Source of the DNA: Eledone cirrhosa
Taxonomy: Eukaryota
NCBI GenBank assembly: GCA_964016885.1
Contig: OZ024745.1
Coordinates: forward strand, 107,074,001 to 107,138,000
Direction: 5' to 3'
DNA length: 64,000 nucleotides
Made by a program: the position numbers and the translations under genes. The notes below the pieces were generated by a model that saw nothing but the letters and a program-made list of their open reading frames with translations, was not told the DNA's origin and did not search any database. Shown piece by piece: positions 56,897 to 64,000 of the stretch. Numbering within the stretch: position 1 is the stretch's first letter; each line of letters opens with the position of its first letter.

Positions 56897-58579
56897 TATA
56901 TATATATATGATATATATATATATATATATATATATGCATATATATATATGATATATATATGTATATATATATATGTACATATATATATATATATATAAT
57001 ATATATATATAGGCAGGATTATACATATTGTGTAAATTAACTCTCAATTCGAACTAATTAAGTTAAGTCAAAACAAGATTATTAACACTGTGGGGTTTTG
57101 GGGGGTGGGGTGGAAGTGGAGGAGTTTTTATTATTTATTTTACTGACGTACATTGTCTAGAGTATACGGGGAATCACAATGAAATTGTGAGGCGTTAATA
57201 CAATGTTCAAAAGTACCAGGGAGTTCCAGCTGTTATATTCTTCCAGATATAGCACATCCATAACTATATCAAATTTTAAGAGAGTGGCAGGAGATTTTAG
57301 CGACGTTTGCCTGTTATTTGGCTGTGGTTTCTAGCAGGTCGAGTGTCTACGTAGACAGTTACTCGTGTATGTGTCCTGGTATGATTGTTTTACTGTAATA
57401 CAGGGATTCTATTATACTGTGGTATCTACTGTGTTATTATGGTCTTCATGTGTCACTATATGGTACTTCCGTAATGTAGCCGCTGTTACTTAGACAAATG
57501 TTAGTATTGATTGAGCAAAGTTTTTCCAGCCATGGCCATTATGTCTAAAATTCACAGTTATTTAGTACTACATTATCTAATGTGCCCTTTTAAAAAGAAA
57601 ATAGGTGAGATTTAAGGACTTTGGGTTGCTGCATTTTGTAAGGGCTGTGACTGTATTACTTTATGCAGCTTTGCATAGTGTCGTTTTGAGTGATTCTAGT
57701 ACAGTACCACCACATCTAAAATGGCTACCACAACCACCACCACCACAACCACCACTACCATCATCATCATCATCATCATGAACACTAACACAAATGAAAC
57801 AACAATCACATCATCACCAATACCAACACCATATGCATTATCACGAAACCAACCTACACCTCTACTACTACTACTGCCTACACCTTTACTATTACTATCA
57901 CTACCAACATTACCACCACTAACCGTGCCATTACAGTATGAAACACAACACCACTGTAACATCCATTCTTTCCGTAGATCACAACAGTCACCACCATCAC
58001 CACAATAACTAACAGCATTATAACATTAATTACGTCATACCAACCAATATTCGTAGCTTCATCAGCGGTGTCATCTTAATAGCAAACACGTCAGCACTAT
58101 TCCACCATGTCCTCCCATGCCTACCACTAAATTACCACCTCTATCACAGAAATTACCACCACAGTAACCCCCCCCCCCCCCCCACACACACACACATCCA
58201 CTAACAGCCCTACCAACACTAATTCTACCATCACCTCCAATACCATCAATACCAACACCGAAAGAACATCAACAACCATCTCAATCATTTCTATGCCCAC
58301 TAGTAATACAATCACTAATTTTAAGAATTTATCACCGCCACCACCACTACCGCCACCACCACCACCAGCACCACCAGCACCACCACCACCAGCACCACCA
58401 CCATCGCCACCACCACCGCCACCAGCACCACCACCAGCACCAGCACCACCACAACTATCAGCAAGGTCCTCCACCTCAACTAAAATCAACACCACTACTA
58501 GCAGTTATCAACATCACCAGTTACCACCACATATACACTCATCACTCTCAACCTGCACCAGCCACCGGCCAAACCAAGG

Positions 58580-58800
58580 AGGGAGCCACTAAGTAGCCAT
58601 CTGACTTGCTAGAAATAACAGGCAAGTTTGTCTCAAACTGCACCGTCCCCTATCTTACTAAAGGATGTGTTATATAATATGATCCTAATTTTACTGCATA
58701 TTAAATATAAAATACGTGATAGTCTCGGCTGGAATGTCTTTGATTATAGGTACGCTTGGTCAGGACTGACTTAGGGCTAAATAGCAACACAAACAACAAT
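58580..58800 (+). mobile_element. 3' part of an old SINE-like repeat ending in (caa)n; weaker relatives at ~34410-34690, 42100-42220 and 57290-57650
   Basis: gacttgctagaaataaca..ggctggaatgtctttgattatagg..ggctaaatagcaacac; diverged. Confidence 0.45.
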
Positions 58801-59134
58801 AATCATCGTCCACCAATCCCACATCCATCATTCTTACACAAACATCTGAGCTTTCACTAGAACCACCACACACTACATAACCACCAAGGGTACCACTTCA
58901 ATACCATCGCTGTCGCCACTACTACCACCAACACCAACAACACCATGGCAAGCACCGTTAATTCCACTACCACTATAGCAGCGCCACCACCAACTCTATA
59001 ACAACAAGGCCATAACGCCGTTACGACCTCTACCACATCCATCTCCAACGATAAAACCACCATTACCAAAGCATTAACACTACTATCACAACTACACCAA
59101 CACCGACACCGCCACCAGAAAAGGGACAAAACCA

Positions 59135-60200
59135 CCACTCTAACACCACCATCATAACACCACCACTCTAACACCACCAGCACCACCATTCTAACAGCAC
59201 CATTCTAACACCACCACCATAACACCGCCACTCTAACACCACCACTCTAACACCACCACTCTAACATCACCACTCTTAAACCACCACTCTAACACCACAA
59301 CTCTAACACCACCACTCTAACACCACCACTCTAATACAACCACTCTAACACCACAACTCTAACACCACCATTCTAACACCACCATTCTAACACCACCACT
59401 CTTAAACCACCACTCTAACACCACCACCCTAACACCACCACTCTAACACCACCACTCTAACACCACCACTCTTAAACCACCACTCTAACACCACCATCCT
59501 AACACCACCACTCTAACACAACCACTCTAACACCACCACTCTAACACCAACATTCTAACACCACCACTCTTAAACCACCACTCTAACACCACCACCATAA
59601 CACCACCAACACCACCACACTAACACCACCACTCTAACACCACCATTCTAACACCACCAATCTTAAACCACCACTCTAACACCACCACCATAACACCACC
59701 AACACCACCACTCTAACACCACCACTCTAACACCACCATTCTAACACCACCACTCTAACACCACCACTCTAACACCACCACTCTAACACCACCATTCTAA
59801 CACCACCACTCTAACACCACCACTTTATCACCACCACTCTAACACCACCACTCTAACACCACCACTCTAACACCACCATTCTAACACCACCACTATAACA
59901 GCACCACCATAACACCACCACTCTAATACCACCATTCTAATACCACCATTCTAACACCACCACTCTAACACCACCATTCTAACACCACCACCATAACAGC
60001 ACCACCATAACACCACCACTCTAATACCACCATTCTAATACCACCATTCTAACACCACCACTCTAACACCACCATTCTAACACCACCACCATAACAGCAC
60101 CACCATAACACCACCAACACCACCACCATAACAGCACCAACACCACCACTCTAACACCACCACCATAACACCACCAACACCACCACCATAACAGTACCAA
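59135..60200. repeat. 14-bp minisatellite (ctctaacaccacca)n with higher-order variants
   Basis: Direct observation. Confidence 0.92.
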
Positions 60201-61200
60201 CACCACCACGACTGCCAGCGCAGCCATCACCACCACTGCTACCCCCACCACCACCACAACCACGACATCAACACCGACACCATCACCACCATAACACCGC
60301 CAACACCACCAATCTAACAGCACCACCCTAACACCGCCAACACCACGTATTTCACAGCACCACCATAACACAGCCAACACCACCACGACTGCCACCACAG
60401 CCATCACCACCACCGCCTCCCCCACCCCCACCCCTCACTACCACCACAACCACGACATCAACACCGACACCACCATCATCATCATCACTACCTAACACCA
60501 CCACCACCACCACTACAAGTACCCATTCCCTCACATTTCACTTTACTACCTGGCCATTCAGTACACGCATAATGAAGACGTCTAAAAGTCGCTCACTCGA
60601 TGTTAAAGAACACGCACGCACACGAACACATATAGAATCCTACAACGCACATACACTCACGTACACACATAGAAAGGCACATTCGCACACGCACACCCAC
60701 TATATTTGATATATGTGAGACAGATTTCATTCTCCCATACTTCCTTGTTTGTTTCTTTGTTTATGTGTGTATGTGTCTATGTGTGTGTGTGTGTGTGTGC
60801 GTTCGTGCGCGCGTGCGTGCGTGTGTGTGTGTGCGCGTGCGTGTGTGTGTGTGTGCTTGCCTGCGAGTGTATGTGTGTGTATGTGTTTGTGTGTGTGTGT
60901 GCGCGCGCATGTGTGTGTGTGTGTGTGTGTGCCTGTGAGTGTATGTGTGTGTATGTGTATATGTGTGTATATGTGTGTGTGTGCGTGTGTGTGTACGTGT
61001 GTGTGTGTGTGTGTGTGTGTGTGCCTGCGAGTGTATGTGTGTGTATGTGTGTCTGTTTCTTAATTATTGCCATTATTATTATTTTTATTTTTTCGAGTTT
61101 GATGGATTACATGCTGCCCGAACAACTAAGAATTGTAATACATACATGGACAAAGATACGTCCATACATATTGGCTACATAGAAACAGAATTATACACGA

Positions 61201-61297
<97 letters not shown>

Positions 61298-61308
61298 TTA
61301 TATATATG

Positions 61309-61339
<31 letters not shown>

Positions 61340-61407
61340 CTGTGTGTGTATACATGCCTCTATTAACTTATACATCTTATGCATATATGTCTGTAGATAT
61401 GGATATA

Positions 61408-61643
<236 letters not shown>

Positions 61644-61710
61644 TATATGTCAGTGTTTGCATGTGAGTATATATCTATATATATATGTATATATATATAT
61701 ATATATATAC

Positions 61711-61838
<128 letters not shown>

Positions 61839-62283
61839 TCACATGCAAACTCTGACACAGACACACATACACACACACATATATATATTTACATATATGG
61901 GTGGGTGTACGTGTGAGTATGTATATAAATATATGTATTCCATTCGTGTGCATGTGTGTATGTGTATGTGCATACTATGTTGCATATATGAACACCTTAT
62001 GTGTGTAAATAGAGGAATTGATAAATAAATTTGAAAACTTTCAAACTGACAGCCAAATTGATAATTTTACTTGTTCATGTATGGAGTGTGTAGAAATGAG
62101 TAAAGCGTGTGCGTATACATGTATTGTCTGGTTGTGTGTGTGTGCGTATATGTTTGTGGGTGTCTGTCGTTGTGCATGAATGTGTGTGTTCATGTTTTTG
62201 TTGGGGTGTGTACGTGTGTATAATGACTTTGGTATTTGCATGTGATCCGCATTGATCTATCTCTCGGTTTATGTATCTATATT

Positions 62284-62377
62284 AATTTTACAGAATTAAT
62301 TCTGTTTCGATTCTTAAAGTGTCTGATTTACGAATATTGTGATCAGTTTCTTAAAGAATTAAAGCAGAATTAATTCT
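62284..62377 (-). repeat. Imperfect palindrome containing a half hammerhead
   Basis: rc: ..ctttaagaatc GAAA cagaattaattct GTA; an inverted copy replaces the CUGANGA side. Confidence 0.5.
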
Positions 62378-62489
62378 CTCGAACTAGAATACACTTAAAG
62401 TTAATTGTAACACGTCAAACCATATAACCTAATACAATTTAATTATAGGGTAAATCCAAACGGGTAAATACATGATAGGTTTCATGCCG

Positions 62490-63158
62490 CGTGCCTCATG
62501 GCTGCAATGAAAGTCAGTGCTGCGAAAACTGAAACACCCATCCAGTCAAGGAAGCCTGTGCAGTGCACTCAACACGTAAATGGAGTTCCACTGAAGCAGG
62601 TTTAGAAGTTCAATTATCTCGGGGCCGTGTCCCCAAGTGATGGAAAGTATGATGCTGAATTAAGTGCAAGAATTGTAGGAGCAATTCGCTATCTTCGATT
62701 CGGTATTTGTGCAATCCCTTACTTGTTATCATGAATCTTGGGTAATAACGGAAAGCATACGATCGCGAATACAAGCGGCCGGAATGGGTTTCCTTCGAAT
62801 GGTCTTTTGTGTAACGTTAATCGATACAGTGCGTAGTTCGGGGATCAGAGAGTCACTCCAGGTAGAGCCGCCACTTCTCTGTGAATTGAGAGATCACAGA
62901 TCCGATACTATGGGCATGTGGTTAGAATGTCTCAGGAAAGAATCGGTGGACAGATTTTACGGGTAAAGCCAACCGACAGGAGGCCCAGGGGTAGACCCCG
63001 AGAAAGATGGTTGGATAACATCCGTGAGTTTGGCTGGTCTCGCTTGGGGATCCAGTCGGATCAGTTGGAGATGGTTGGTTCTGACAGGATCCGCTGGAGG
63101 GAGAGTTTGAGGACAGTCTCCACGACCCTCTCAGGAATAAGTGGGCGAAGAAGAAAAA
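62490..63158 (+). pseudogene. RTE (Expander/Rex3-like) LINE 3' fragment
   Basis: [47 protein letters not shown]; (gaa)n tail. Confidence 0.85.
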
Positions 63159-63188
63159 GATTACACACATTATCTTTCTCTCTCTTTC

Positions 63189-63238
<50 letters not shown>

Positions 63239-63292
63239 CACACACACGCACACACACACGCACACACACACACACGCACACACACACACACG

Positions 63293-63370
<78 letters not shown>

Positions 63371-63371
<1 letters not shown>

Positions 63372-63545
63372 GAAAGACGTAAAATAAGAAAATTATAAAA
63401 ATTAACTTACTTACTAAAATTTCACTCCAACTAATTAGTTTCTGAAAGGGAATAAACATGGTTTCCGAATGGAAACATGGAGAAATCCTTTCGTTATCAG
63501 GGAAGTCTATTCTCAGCTAAGTTCCCAGGCAATGCGTGGACACAG
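63371..63545 (-). mobile_element. Diverged relative of the 559-bp tandem element; HHR at 63424-63506 with core CTGATAA
   Basis: rc shares gtgtcc.cgcattgcctgg..ctgagaatagacttcc, gaaactaattagttggagtgaaa and ttcttattttacgtc, then (TA)n. Confidence 0.85.
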
Positions 63546-63715
63546 AGAACTTATACAAAAATAATTCAGTGGATGAAAAAAAATGGATTTACGAACATTT
63601 CGTTAGACTAAAAGGAATGAATATTCTTTTTCCGCAAGTATAACTCCTCAGAATCTACATTTTACCGTCTCAGTAACAAAAAAAATGAATAAACCAGAGC
63701 GAAGAACGTAAACAA

Positions 63716-64000
63716 TTACTTACCTAGAAGCTGCTGCGTCATGAGACGCATTAGGCAGCCAAAGTGCTCCAATGACCACGACCAGTTGCATCTATCAATA
63801 CATTGTTCTAACTTTTGTTGACGGGTTGATCTTGATACGTCCTCTTCGCATCGTTCTTGTAGAGGATATTTGTAGAGGATCTGATCAGCATATCTCTCAC
63901 TTGGAAGTCGTGTGATGTGCCCCAACCAGACATGTTGACGCTTGCACATGATGTTAGACACATGTTTTTGGTAGGTTCATTGACGGCCTTTTATGTTAGT
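63716..64000 (-). pseudogene. RTE-clade LINE 3' fragment
   Basis: KRQHVWLGHITRLPSERYADQILY. Confidence 0.65.

Overview
AT-rich, microsatellite-saturated eukaryotic DNA. The SINE families and repeat landscape point to an octopod cephalopod, which is inferred and not verified. I found no intact host gene; most ORFs in the supplied track are (TA)n/(CA)n/(CAT)n artefacts. Recognisable content: one near full-length but pseudogenised Tx1/L1-clade LINE with two further fragments, all abutting (GATA)n; decayed R4/Dong-like, RTE and CR1/L2-type LINE fragments; an internally deleted mariner; a hAT MITE; about 20 tRNA-derived SINE copies; and a possible decayed ankyrin-repeat ORF. The main signal is a very dense set of short non-coding elements in (TA)n runs that carry type-I hammerhead ribozymes (HHRs). 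By eye I count 9 with intact CUGANGA/GAAA cores, about 5 with variant cores and several half-hammerheads. They occur as tandems (559-bp and 475-bp units) or fold-back palindromes whose junctions recur at or inside the ribozyme, and stem II covaries between copies. This resembles Penelope-like pLTR or retrozyme biology. One insertion suggests the (TA)n runs arrive with the element. All folds and coordinates were read manually.
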